NCBI GenBank assembly: GCA_965216875.1
Contig: OZ244207.1
Coordinates: forward strand, 704,001-768,000
Direction: 5' to 3'
Source: Rubripirellula sp.
Lineage (GTDB): Bacteria; Planctomycetota; Planctomycetia; Pirellulales; Pirellulaceae
DNA: 64,000 nucleotides
The notes beneath the pieces are model-generated. The model saw only the letters and a list, made by a program, of their open reading frames with translations, ran no database searches and was not told the origin of the DNA. Below, piece by piece: positions 27,011 to 36,830 of this stretch; the stretch's first letter is position 1; every line of letters starts with the position of its first letter. Both the position numbers and the translations under genes were made by a program.

Positions 27011-28264
27011 ATGATTAGCCGTTGGATCATTGCGGCGCTGGTCGGCTGGTTTCTCAATCCTGTTTTCGGGCAGCCAGCGATTGGGCAGGATGAGGACGCG
27101 CGGGACCGGCCCGAACCGATCGAAGTTGTCATTCCGGCCGACAAGGGACGCGTCGTCTGGAAGGACGTTGCGGGCGCGGTTGCCGATACGCTTTCGCTTG
27201 ATGTGGCGACGGCCGAAAAGATCTTTCCGCGCGGGAGCATGAACCTGAATTCAGAACTCGTCGCTGTGACGATGCGTGGCATCAACTTCGCCGCTCGCGA
27301 CAAAGTGCTCTTGGATGTGGTTCGCGACGAAGACGATCAACCCGCGATTCGAGTTCGCTTCAACCGTAAGTCGCTTGACCATCAACAAGCGACCGAAGCT
27401 TCCATCGAATTGGATCGCCATTGGCATCGCAAGGTCAAAGACCGACCATTGGTGATCTGTATTCATGGATTGAAAAGTCATCCCGGGATCTTTGATCCCA
27501 TGCGCGAGTATCTTGGCGAGCGTGGTTATGCGACCGCCGCAGTGGCCTATGATGACCAACAGGCCATTGCCGATTCAGCGAAACAGGTATCCGAAGTTGT
27601 CGACCAAGCGGTCGCAGCTGCGGTCGCCAAGCACGGGATTGATCCGCCCGAGATCACCATCATCGGTCATTCCATGGGCGGGCTGGTCGGTCGCGAGTGG
27701 ACGGAAAACGATGCAATCACTTCTTCGGCGATCACCCAGCTGATCACCATCGCAACGCCACATCGTGGATCGGCCTTGGCGAGCTTGCCTGCGCTTTCGG
27801 ATTTGGTCACGCGAGGCGACTTCAACTTGAAAGATGTCGTTGCCGTGATCATGCACGAGCCTTCGTCCGACTCGATGCGCGACCTGATCCCCGAATCCGA
27901 TTTCTTGAAAACACTGAACGCGCGGCCGCGGCGCGCCCACGTTCGTTACACGACGATCGTTGGAACTGGCAGTCCGGTGAACTCAATCGCCGCAACACGT
28001 TTTGGGAACTTGTTGCAAAAATTCGACCGGCGTAGCGAAGTCTTCCACCTTTTTCGCCCCAGGATTGAACCGTTGCTGGGAGACCTGGATGAGATCCGGC
28101 AAGGGAAGGGGGATGGTGTTGTGGCAGTAAAGAATGCAACCATCGAAGGTGTGGACGATGTGGTGCGGTTCAAGCTTTCGCATATTGAATTGGTTCGCCG
28201 CGTCTCTCATCGAAAAGTCGAACCTGTCTACCGAGCGATCCACTCCAGGCTTTTGGCGCCGTAG
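27011..28264 (+). CDS. Secreted alpha/beta hydrolase (lipase/esterase-like)
   Basis: Signal peptide, IHGL, GHSMGG, ATPHRGS, GDGVV, LSH. Confidence 0.85.
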   Translation: MISRWIIAALVGWFLNPVFGQPAIGQDEDARDRPEPIEVVIPADKGRVVWKDVAGAVADTLSLDVATAEKIFPRGSMNLNSELVAVTMRGINFAARDKVLLDVVRDEDDQPAIRVRFNRKSLDHQQATEASIELDRHWHRKVKDRPLVICIHGLKSHPGIFDPMREYLGERGYATAAVAYDDQQAIADSAKQVSEVVDQAVAAAVAKHGIDPPEITIIGHSMGGLVGREWTENDAITSSAITQLITIATPHRGSALASLPALSDLVTRGDFNLKDVVAVIMHEPSSDSMRDLIPESDFLKTLNARPRRAHVRYTTIVGTGSPVNSIAATRFGNLLQKFDRRSEVFHLFRPRIEPLLGDLDEIRQGKGDGVVAVKNATIEGVDDVVRFKLSHIELVRRVSHRKVEPVYRAIHSRLLAP

Positions 28265-28278
28265 CGTTCTTTAGTTCG

Positions 28279-28365
28279 TGCCGGATCCGCGTCGCTGTCG
28301 CTCCTTGATCCGGCCTACGATGATCCGGCCTACGATGATCCGGCCTACGATGATCCGGCCTACGA
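28279..28365 (-). repeat. GTAG-type REP (family C) with four tandem 15-bp copies of its GTAG end
   Basis: TGATCCGGCCTACGA at 28306, 28321, 28336 and 28351. Full hairpin on the minus strand: GTAGGCCGGATC-AAGGAGCGACAGCGACGCG-GATCCGGCA. Confidence 0.9.
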
Positions 28366-28386
28366 ACCTGGCCGGTCAGGCAGAGG

Positions 28387-29217
28387 CTACTGGCCGACGG
28401 CTTCGTGAATCGCTCCGCCAATTTCTTTGGGGCGATTGGTTGTGATTCCGAACGCGCCCAGGTCAGCGAAATACCTGGCGTCTTCAATTGCGTCGATAGT
28501 CCAGACATGAAACTCGTCACACCCCGATGCAGTGAGCTGGTTGATAAAGTCACGGTCGATGACTTCCCTCATCCCTTTCATCCCGACACCTTCGACGCCC
28601 GTGTCACGAACCGTTTGGCCTACCTGCTTGGCCGTTGGCTTGTAACCAATCACATTGCGTTTGAACTTGGTCAGCCAATGCACTCGTTGGTTGGGCATCG
28701 ATTCTTTGCACGCTTTGGCGGTCTCGGCGTCAAAGGTAATGATGAGGATTCGAAAGTTACCCTGGTCAAGCTGGCGCAATTGCTTAGCCAGGTAGGGAAC
28801 AATTTTGGCTTTGCTCTTGAGCTCGATTACGAAAAGTCGGTCGTCGGGCACGGTGCCGAAGACTTCCTTGAGTGTGGGGATCTTTTCGCCAGCCCACTTG
28901 GGATTCTTCCAACGACCGACGTCGAGCTTACGAAGCTCTGCGAGTGTCGACGATTCAACATCAAGCTCGCGGTCGCCGGTACGCTTGGTGTCCTTGTCGT
29001 GAATGCAGACGATTTCTTTGTCCGCGGTGAGATAAAAGTCTCCCTCGATGCCATCGGCACCCTGTTGCCAAGCAAGCTTGAATGCGGCGAGCGTGTTTTC
29101 AGGAGCATCGTGTGACGCACCGCGATGCGCGACGATTTGCTGGGCATTCGTGGTGGTACCAATTTGCATGGCCGCGGTCACGATGAAGAAAGCGAATGAA
29201 AACTGCTTTGAAAACAT
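28387..29217 (-). CDS. Glycerophosphodiester phosphodiesterase family protein, secreted
   Basis: AHRGAS..APENTL, IEGD, CIHD, IELK, VWT, ITTNRP. Confidence 0.92.
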   Translation of the reverse strand: MFSKQFSFAFFIVTAAMQIGTTTNAQQIVAHRGASHDAPENTLAAFKLAWQQGADGIEGDFYLTADKEIVCIHDKDTKRTGDRELDVESSTLAELRKLDVGRWKNPKWAGEKIPTLKEVFGTVPDDRLFVIELKSKAKIVPYLAKQLRQLDQGNFRILIITFDAETAKACKESMPNQRVHWLTKFKRNVIGYKPTAKQVGQTVRDTGVEGVGMKGMREVIDRDFINQLTASGCDEFHVWTIDAIEDARYFADLGAFGITTNRPKEIGGAIHEAVGQ

Positions 29218-29440
29218 GGGTTATGCCCGAACCGAACGAGGGACCAAGTCGCGAACTGGAGGCATGATAGTCGAGCTGGCGTGCCCGAGTATCCCCGACA
29301 ACCGTTTCGACCGGTTCTTGTTGGTTCTCGACTGTGAGACCTCGCTCACTGAGCGGCAGGTTCCACGCAAAACGATCTCTTCACAAAGAAAGCCGCTGCG
29401 ATCGTGGTCGCAGCGGCTGGCATGGTTTCTTGGAGTTCGT

Positions 29441-30097
29441 TTAGCGAATCGTGAAGCTCCAACGACCGCCGATCGGGATTCGCATCTGGAAGTTCCCAAG
29501 ATCACTCCGAGACGAGGGAATCACAACGGGTTGGGGCCGAGGGCTCGGATGGTGAATGTAGGGTCGAGCGCTGGTGTAGGACCTGTACCCGTAAAGTTCG
29601 TTTTCGAGGCGAGTGATCAACGGAAAGGCTTCACGCAGAATCACTTCTCTCATGTGAACCAGCAGACGCGCGTCGCAGGGGCGTACACCGTCGAATCCTT
29701 GGTACTCAAGTTCACGATCAAGCCGTTCCAACAACACCTTGGACTCACGCACGTCGCCTTTGAGGTGGTTGATCAAAGCTTGCGATTGGTGGCAGCGGCG
29801 CGATGCGTCATGCAGTAAGTCATGCATGTGGTGTTGCAGCCGATCCAAGCGAGTCACGTAGTGCTTGACGCGATGACTGTTTCGATAGTCTTGCGAAAGT
29901 TTGCAGGCGTCTTCGTCCAGATGTCGGGCGACGATGGCAAGCCGATCGGTCAGCTGGTCAAGGACGGCGACATTGGGGCGATGGAGGTCGTGATTCCAGT
30001 AGTCGTGATGGCGGATTCGGTAGAGGTCGTTCGCTTTGACCGAGCTTGTGGTCAGGGCCAATGCGATGATCGCCATGCCTGCTGCAAGACGTGCCAT
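29441..30097 (-). CDS. Hypothetical secreted His/Arg-rich helical protein
   Basis: Signal peptide ending SVKA, helical body, fills the gap between co-oriented genes. Confidence 0.65.
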   Translation of the reverse strand: MARLAAGMAIIALALTTSSVKANDLYRIRHHDYWNHDLHRPNVAVLDQLTDRLAIVARHLDEDACKLSQDYRNSHRVKHYVTRLDRLQHHMHDLLHDASRRCHQSQALINHLKGDVRESKVLLERLDRELEYQGFDGVRPCDARLLVHMREVILREAFPLITRLENELYGYRSYTSARPYIHHPSPRPQPVVIPSSRSDLGNFQMRIPIGGRWSFTIR

Positions 30098-30288
30098 GGT
30101 TGTACTCCGTTTCGAGGGTCATAGAGGCGGGAACGGAGTGGAGAGAAAGGCACGCGGCGTGCCAAACGCAATTCGAGGCGTTTTTTACGCACTTTTTGGA
30201 AATGCGGCTGCAAGCAGCGCCATCAGAGCGATCACATGTGTGACATCGATGACGTCACACGACTGCCGTTTTGACTCGGAGGTTCCGC

Positions 30289-33200
30289 CTACGGCTGGCG
30301 TTCTTCGCCGCGCCATGTTTTGAGCCGGTAGCTTGTTGAGGCAAGCAGCGATCGCGTGGGATGGAATTGAACGGACCAAACTCGATAGTCGTGTCCTTTG
30401 AGGGTCGTTTTGGATTCGCCCGTTGCGACATCCCAAAGCATCACGGTTTTGTCGCCGCTGCCCGAGGCGAGCGTGCGACCGTCTGGTGAGAAAGCAAGTG
30501 ATTGGACGAGGTCCGCGTGTCCAACGAAGACCTTGATCGTCTCGTTGGTTTTCAAGTCCCACAATCGGATCAAGCGATCTTCGCCGCCCGAAGCGAGCAG
30601 GTCACCGTGGGTTGCCAAGGCCCAAATGCGATCAACGTGTCCTTCGAGGACGGCGACTTGTGATCCGGATTCGATGTCCCAAATGCGAATGGTTTTGTCG
30701 CGGCTTGACGTTGCCAATCGGCCATCTTCAAGAAAGACGGCGTTATAAACGCCGCTTTCATGCCCCAGAAGTTCTTTGTCGAGTTTGCCGGTACTTGTGT
30801 CCCAGATTCGGACGACCGAATCGTGCCCCGCGGACACGAACTGCGTTCCATCAGAAGAAAAGGTTACACACGACACGCCCCCTTTTTGTTGCCGCAGCAC
30901 CTTGGAGGATTGGTTTGTCATGTCCCAGAGTGTCACTTCGCCTTCAAGCGTTCCCGATGCAACCCATTGGTTGTCTGGTGAGATCGCGACGGAGAGGACA
31001 CGTCCGTTGTGTTTGAGTGGTTCACCCAAAGGGACGATGCTATCGGGGTCCCAGAAACGAACGGTTCGGTCATTGCTTGCGGTGACAAGCTTCTTGCCGT
31101 CTTGGGTAAAGGTTAGCCAGTTAATGGAGCCGTCGTGGAGATCGAATTCATCTTTCTCGATCAGCTGAGGCAAATCCCAAAGCACGACAGAAAAATCATT
31201 GCTGCCAGTGACGATTCGGCTTCCCTCTCCGCAGAAGGCGATGCAATTGACACTCGATGCGTGCCCAACACGTGAAGTGGATTGCCGGCCCTCGGGAAGA
31301 CTCATCACCTCAAAGAAGTGGTCAGGCCAACGGTTGAGGTCTCTCCTGGGAACACGTAACGGTTCCTGTTCGACAGTCAGATCCCATGCACGGATGGTGC
31401 GATCGTTTCCAACCGAGACAACAAAGTTGCCGCAAGGTGAATAGGCAATGTCGCGCACTCGACCGGTGTGACCTTCGAGCACTTCCTCAAGTTCGCCTTT
31501 GTCGAGGTCCCAAAGTCGAATGGTCTTGTCAGCGCTGGCGCTGGCCAATTGAGTGCCGTCGGGAGAAAAACAGACACTCCAGCATTCCAAGAGGTGTCCG
31601 TTCAACTCGTCAATCAGCTGTCCTGTGTGCGCGTCCCAAACGCGTACGCTACGGTCGAGTCCGGTCGATGCAATTCGGCTTCCGTCGTTGTTGAACGCGA
31701 CGCTGTAGACAAAGTCAATGTGGCCGCTAAAGGATTGTGCCGTCTTCGTGGCGAGGTCCCAGAGTTTGACAAGGGTATCGCTGCCGCCAGAGACGAGGGA
31801 CTTTCCGTCACGCGAATAGGCAACGGAAAAGACGGATCCCGCATGGGCTTTCCATTCGTCCAGCTTTTGGCAACTCTTTAGATCCCATAGTCGGATCATT
31901 TGGTCGAATCCGGCAGTGGCCACGGTGCTTCCGTCGGGCGATATGTCCAACGCAAACACGGTGCGGTCGTGCGCCTGGATTGTTTTGCGGCTTCCGTCGG
32001 ATACGTCCCAAATGCAGAGGGTTCCATGACGGTCGCCTGACGCGATGAAGTCCCCGCCGCTGGTCACGTCAGCGCAAAGCACGGGTGCCTCGTGACCTTC
32101 AAAGCGTTGCTTCCAACATTGGTTTTGGCGTTTCCAATAGAACCATTCAAAGCCGCGTCGGTCTTCACCCTGAAACGGAGGTTCGTAGATGTCAAGGATT
32201 CGCTGGACGCGCGTCATGTCGCCAAGCTCAAACGCTTGCTGTGCGGTGTTCATCCGAGCGATATAGAGGTACTGCTCGGTCAACGCACGCGACCGCTTTT
32301 CACCCGCTGCGGCGCGTCGTGCTGCGGCCGCCGAGAGCGTTGCCTCTTCGCTTTTCGTTTCAGCGCGTCGCCACTGAGTTGTGATTCCGACGAAGCCAAC
32401 AATCACGGCCAATGCAAAAGCGGTTGCCAACGAAGCAATCGCAGGTTTGCGTTTGCACCACCGCCAAAGTCGCCCCGGTGCCGAGAGGGGTCTCGCGGTG
32501 ATCGGTTCGTCTCGAAGAAAGCGTCGAAGTTCTTCTGCAAGAGCGTTTGCCGATTCGTACCGGCGCTGAGGCATCTTTTCCATCAGCTTCCAGCAAATCG
32601 TGTCCAGATCTTCTGGAACGGTCCGGTTGAGAGTGCGTACGTGAGGTGGGTCGTCGTGGATGACGTGTTGGATGACGACGGGGCCGTTCCCGCGAAATGG
32701 CACTTCACCGGTCAGCAACTGGAAAAGGATCACGCCCAGTGAATAGAGATCAGTTCGCCGGTCGGCTCGGCTTGCGTCACCGCTGGCTTGCTCTGGCGAC
32801 ATGTAGGCTGGCGTCCCAAACGCGTGCCCATCGATCGCCATCGTATTGTGGCCCGAATGCTCGCGTTTGGCTAAACCAAAGTCCATCACGTGTGGTTCGC
32901 CGTCGCGATCCATCATGATGTTTGAGGGCTTGATGTCGCGATGAATCACGCCGCTGTCGTGGGCATGCTGAAGTGCTTCGGCGATCTTGATGCAGATTTC
33001 TGCTGCGCGATTAGCCGAAAGTGTTCGGCGCTGCTTCCAACGTGATAGAGGGCTGCCTTGAATAAAGTCACTGACGATGTAGACGCAACCGCTTTCGAGA
33101 TCGCGGCCCACCTCATGGACACTCACAATGTTGCGGTGTTGAAGCTGGGCAGCGGCTTGGGCTTCGCGGAGGAACTGTTCGGCTTCTTCGTGTGAGAGCT

Positions 33201-33483
33201 GGCCCTTGCGAGGAATCTTGATGGCGACAATGCGTTCAAGCTTCGTGTCGCGAGCCTTCCACACCGTTCCAAATCCGCCGCTTCCGATTCGCTCGAGAAG
33301 CTCGAAATGGTTGACAGCTTTCGGATCAGCCTGCCAGTCTGTCGAAGTCGCACCCGACTCGTCCATCGTTTCGTCAGAGAGCAGATCCAGACGGGATCCG
33401 CATGAAGTGCACGAAAGATTGATGAACGAGTCGCTGTCGTCGACATCGAGCGCGGTTTGGCAGTGTGGGCACCGAACCTGCAT
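30289..33483 (-). CDS. Ser/Thr protein kinase with N-terminal zinc ribbon, TM helix and about 14 WD40 repeats
   Basis: CPHC...CTSC, GSGGFG, VAIK, HRDIKPSN, DFG, GTPAYMSPEQ, repeated GH...WD. Start taken at ATG 33483. Confidence 0.92.
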   Translation of the reverse strand: MQVRCPHCQTALDVDDSDSFINLSCTSCGSRLDLLSDETMDESGATSTDWQADPKAVNHFELLERIGSGGFGTVWKARDTKLERIVAIKIPRKGQLSHEEAEQFLREAQAAAQLQHRNIVSVHEVGRDLESGCVYIVSDFIQGSPLSRWKQRRTLSANRAAEICIKIAEALQHAHDSGVIHRDIKPSNIMMDRDGEPHVMDFGLAKREHSGHNTMAIDGHAFGTPAYMSPEQASGDASRADRRTDLYSLGVILFQLLTGEVPFRGNGPVVIQHVIHDDPPHVRTLNRTVPEDLDTICWKLMEKMPQRRYESANALAEELRRFLRDEPITARPLSAPGRLWRWCKRKPAIASLATAFALAVIVGFVGITTQWRRAETKSEEATLSAAAARRAAAGEKRSRALTEQYLYIARMNTAQQAFELGDMTRVQRILDIYEPPFQGEDRRGFEWFYWKRQNQCWKQRFEGHEAPVLCADVTSGGDFIASGDRHGTLCIWDVSDGSRKTIQAHDRTVFALDISPDGSTVATAGFDQMIRLWDLKSCQKLDEWKAHAGSVFSVAYSRDGKSLVSGGSDTLVKLWDLATKTAQSFSGHIDFVYSVAFNNDGSRIASTGLDRSVRVWDAHTGQLIDELNGHLLECWSVCFSPDGTQLASASADKTIRLWDLDKGELEEVLEGHTGRVRDIAYSPCGNFVVSVGNDRTIRAWDLTVEQEPLRVPRRDLNRWPDHFFEVMSLPEGRQSTSRVGHASSVNCIAFCGEGSRIVTGSNDFSVVLWDLPQLIEKDEFDLHDGSINWLTFTQDGKKLVTASNDRTVRFWDPDSIVPLGEPLKHNGRVLSVAISPDNQWVASGTLEGEVTLWDMTNQSSKVLRQQKGGVSCVTFSSDGTQFVSAGHDSVVRIWDTSTGKLDKELLGHESGVYNAVFLEDGRLATSSRDKTIRIWDIESGSQVAVLEGHVDRIWALATHGDLLASGGEDRLIRLWDLKTNETIKVFVGHADLVQSLAFSPDGRTLASGSGDKTVMLWDVATGESKTTLKGHDYRVWSVQFHPTRSLLASTSYRLKTWRGEERQP

Positions 33484-33598
33484 GGGACATCTCCCGTGTC
33501 GGGCCCCTACTCTTTCGTCCAATTTGACGTCGCGATCTTTACGGTCGGGTCGCGATCCATTCTGAAGGGGCCAGTCTACCACACCATTTTGCCGATTG

Positions 33599-33726
33599 AA
33601 CACTCTCCCTCGGGAGAGTCGGGCTCTAAGGCCCGGAGAGGGTTGTTTTCGAAACTCATTCCCTCCCCGGACTTTGCGTCCGACCCTCCCGCAAGCGGGA
33701 GGGTGGTTGTTGGAACGCACGTTAAC
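33599..33726. repeat. ~128-bp palindromic intergenic element, copy 2
   Basis: Matches 189-317 with two substitutions and one 1-bp indel. Confidence 0.9.
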
Positions 33727-33850
33727 TTGTGCGCACTTGCCGCTCAGGGAATTTGATCGCGCCGCGTTGGCAAACCGTCGATTGGAGTTCCCGTAACAAG
33801 ACGGGTAACATTTCGTGCGACTCCCACGCAAACAGTAGAGATTGAACCGA

Positions 33851-35110
33851 GTGACAAACTTAGAAACGTTGGTTCCAGCCCTTCGAGCACAATTTCCAGC
33901 ACTTTCGCGTCGTGATGTCGGACGCGAGGCGGTCTTCTTTGACGGGCCGGCGGGAACACAAGTGCCGCAATGCGTGATCGATGCAATCGGCGACTATTTG
34001 ACGAAGCACAACGCGAACCACGATGGCGTTTTCGCGACGAGCATCGAAAGTGATCAATTCCTCGACCAAGCGCATGTCGCGGCCAGCGACTTGGTCGGTT
34101 GCAACGATCCGGATGAGGTCTTCTTTGGGGCGAACATGACAACGCTGACGTTGTCACTTTCGCGGGCGCTCGCCCAGGACTGGAAACCGGGTGATGAGAT
34201 TATCTTGTCCGGTATCGAGCATGACGCAAACTACTCACCATGGATCCACGCGGCCAAGGACGCCGGCGTCCATGTTCATGTCATCGACATCGACAAAGAC
34301 GATTGCACGCTTAGGGTCGAGCAGTACAAAGACCATTTGTCGCAGCGCACACGTTTGGTGGCGGTCGGGTGTGCGTCCAACGCGGTTGGGACGGTTAACC
34401 CGTTCAAAGAGATCTGCGCAATGGCCCGCGAGGTTGGCGCGTTTTCTTTCTTGGATGCCGTTCACTACGCGCCCCACGACGTTCTTGATGTGATGGATTG
34501 GGGATGTGACTTTCTCGCCTGCAGCGCTTACAAGTTCTTCGGTCCGCACGTTGGCATCATGTACGGACGCCGCGAGTTGCTCGAAGCGATTCGACCCTAC
34601 AAGTTGAGGCCAAGTCCCGACGCATTGCCTGGGCGATGGATGACCGGGACTCAGAATCACGAATGCATCGCGGGGACGCTGGCGGCGATTGACTACTTGG
34701 CCAGCATCGGTCGCCAAACGAGCGGCGAGGATTCGCTTGGTCGTCGCGCCTCGCTCAAGTCCGCGTATCAAGCGATTCGCGCCTACGAGAATTCACTTTG
34801 CAAGACTCTGATCGAAGGCGTTCAACAGATTCCCGCGATCAAACTGTGGGGGATTACCAACCCAGATGATTTTGACAAACGGTTGCCGACGATCGCGATC
34901 ACGCACGCATCGCTCACGTCAAAGGAACTTGCGACGCGGCTAGCGGCGAAGGGGATCTACGTCTGGCACGGCAACTATTACGCGTTGCCGCTGACCGAAC
35001 GGCTGGGCGTCGAACCGGACGGAATGGTTCGCATCGGATTGGTTCACTACAACACGTCCGAGGAAGTTGATTGGCTGTTGCAGTGCTTGAAAGAAATCAG
35101 CGAAGCCTGA
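33851..35110 (+). CDS. Cysteine desulfurase-like class V PLP enzyme (VC1184 type)
   Basis: FFDGPAGTQVP, EHDAN, DAVHYAPH, CSAYKFFGPH, VRIGLVHYN. Confidence 0.88.
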   Translation: MTNLETLVPALRAQFPALSRRDVGREAVFFDGPAGTQVPQCVIDAIGDYLTKHNANHDGVFATSIESDQFLDQAHVAASDLVGCNDPDEVFFGANMTTLTLSLSRALAQDWKPGDEIILSGIEHDANYSPWIHAAKDAGVHVHVIDIDKDDCTLRVEQYKDHLSQRTRLVAVGCASNAVGTVNPFKEICAMAREVGAFSFLDAVHYAPHDVLDVMDWGCDFLACSAYKFFGPHVGIMYGRRELLEAIRPYKLRPSPDALPGRWMTGTQNHECIAGTLAAIDYLASIGRQTSGEDSLGRRASLKSAYQAIRAYENSLCKTLIEGVQQIPAIKLWGITNPDDFDKRLPTIAITHASLTSKELATRLAAKGIYVWHGNYYALPLTERLGVEPDGMVRIGLVHYNTSEEVDWLLQCLKEISEA

Positions 35111-35114
35111 TTGG

Positions 35115-35272
35115 GTAGTGGACGAGGCCACGAGTCCCCGGTGGTGGCTGTGTTGTCGGCCGTGCGGTTGGGGTGAGAGTGAAAGGGACTCGTAGCCTCG
35201 TCCACTACGGAGATTCGGGACTCGTAGCCTCGTCCACTACGGAGATTCGGGACTCGTAGTCTCGTCCACTAC
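35115..35272. repeat. GTAG-type REP (family D): one forward copy and three inverted copies at a 32-bp period
   Basis: GTAGTGGACGAGGCCACGAGTCCC at 35115-35138; GGGACTCGTAG(C/T)CTCGTCCACTAC at 35185, 35217 and 35249. Confidence 0.9.
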
Positions 35273-35287
35273 GAAGACTTGGTGGTG

Positions 35288-36463
35288 TTACCGGCCGAAG
35301 TAGTGGTTGAACTGTACGGCGAGCTGAAAGGGAACAAGGCGATCGGTGTCGATTGCCAGGTTAGGTGTCAATCCGCCTGAGACGATCGAGTTCTTTCTTA
35401 GCGGAACCACGGCCGCGATCGAAAGGGTCGACTGTGTGGCAAACGTGGTCGTTACGCCCGCAGTGAGATTGAGGTTGTTGACGTTGGAGCCGTACAAGGC
35501 TTCGGTCAGCAACAATGGGTCACCGCTTTCAATCGATTGCTGATAGTGCAATTCGAGCATCGGCGTGATCGCTCGCACGTTGCCGCAATCGCTTTTGCAA
35601 ATGTGTTTACCAACACCGATGTCCGCAAAGAAAAGATTGCGAGTGATGAAGGTCAGGTTTGTGATTGGCACGCCACCGGTCGTCGCATCGTCATCAGAGT
35701 CGCGTAGCCGTGCGCCGATGAAGCCCTGAGCAAACCAATCATCACGCGTCGCGAGTCCTGCGACGTACGGTTGGAAGAAGAGCGTGTCTCGTTCGATGAC
35801 GGCTCCCGAGGTGATTCCTTCTTGATCTTCGCGGGTTGGCAATTCAAGTCGCAAACCAGCCGACAGGGCGGCATCGTCATTCGACCAAAGCAATCCTTTT
35901 AAACCGAGTGCGACGTTACCGAACTCGGTGTCGCCAATGCCGTTGAAGTTCGTGTCATCCACTTCCGAACCGATCGAATCATAAAACGGCACGATTGCTT
36001 CAATCGAAATCAAGTCATCAATGCAGGCCCATTCGACGCCAAATCGGAATGCATTGGCATCGTAGGTGCGATCACCGTTACCAGCCGGAAAGCTTGTGGC
36101 TTGCATCGAATGTAGGTGAGCGTAGTCAAAGTAGGCACGCGTGCGAGGTATCGGGCTGTTGTTGCGCGACACTTTGCTGAAGTGATCTGGAAAGTGAATC
36201 ACGCTTGCCGCAGTACCGAAGACGCGGGGGACGCCGAGGCCTTCGTCGCCAATCATATTGGGGACTTGGAGGCACGGTCGTTTGCAACACGGTTGTGAAC
36301 AGGAAACGTCGCAGGCTGTGTCACTGCAACTGTCGCAGGATTCGGACCACGACTGCAATTCGACGTCCGAATGCTCATCGCCACGAGCTTCGGTGGCGAG
36401 CATCACCGTGAAGACGGCCAGGAATCCAAACCAGTGTAAATTTGTTCGGGTCATGATGGGCAC
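35288..36463 (-). CDS. Hypothetical secreted protein, probable outer-membrane beta-barrel
   Basis: Signal peptide, Cys-rich segment, alternating amphipathic strands (FGNVALGLKG, LSAGLRLELPT, LNLTAGVTT), aromatic end QFNHYFGR. Confidence 0.65.
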   Translation of the reverse strand: MPIMTRTNLHWFGFLAVFTVMLATEARGDEHSDVELQSWSESCDSCSDTACDVSCSQPCCKRPCLQVPNMIGDEGLGVPRVFGTAASVIHFPDHFSKVSRNNSPIPRTRAYFDYAHLHSMQATSFPAGNGDRTYDANAFRFGVEWACIDDLISIEAIVPFYDSIGSEVDDTNFNGIGDTEFGNVALGLKGLLWSNDDAALSAGLRLELPTREDQEGITSGAVIERDTLFFQPYVAGLATRDDWFAQGFIGARLRDSDDDATTGGVPITNLTFITRNLFFADIGVGKHICKSDCGNVRAITPMLELHYQQSIESGDPLLLTEALYGSNVNNLNLTAGVTTTFATQSTLSIAAVVPLRKNSIVSGGLTPNLAIDTDRLVPFQLAVQFNHYFGR

Positions 36464-36830
36464 GATTCAGAGTGGCAACTGTGACAGACAATCTCTCTGG
36501 AATCATTGATCGAATCGTCTCGACCCAAACGTTGAGACACATTCGAATAGTTGTTTCGATCGGAACCCTTGTTGGGGTGGGTGCGGAAGAAAAATCGATC
36601 TAATCGATACAACTTAACAATCGACTACGCCGGCTATGCGGGACATTCCAATTGATCGGAATGGTTCTGTTTTGACACCACGGACGGCAAACCCGGCACT
36701 TCAGGCCCGGGTGGGATTGTGCCGGCAACGGCAATTCGGGGCCACCCTGTCAGGGTTGTTCTAACTAGTATGTTGGGCGGAATTCTCAGTTGCCTGAGAG
36801 GTCAATGCACTGGTTAGGGAAAAGATCGAC

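Noticed and set aside
29048..29818. 256-aa plus-strand ORF
   Set aside because: It overlaps two better-supported minus-strand genes and has no motifs.
189..33726. Composite mobile element or island bounded by the two 128-bp direct repeats
   Set aside because: The interval holds housekeeping and lineage-typical genes and no transposase or integrase; dispersed repeats are the simpler explanation.
35185..35272. Possible mini CRISPR array (24-bp repeat, three copies)
   Set aside because: The linkers are only 8 bp and identical, no cas genes are present, and the repeat is a GTAG REP with an inverted partner.
36676..36800. Possible c-di-GMP-I riboswitch upstream of giant protein 1 (GGCAAACC ... 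GTTGCC)
   Set aside because: It lacks the GNRA-capped stem and the GACGCAAAG core. An Infernal/Rfam scan would settle it.
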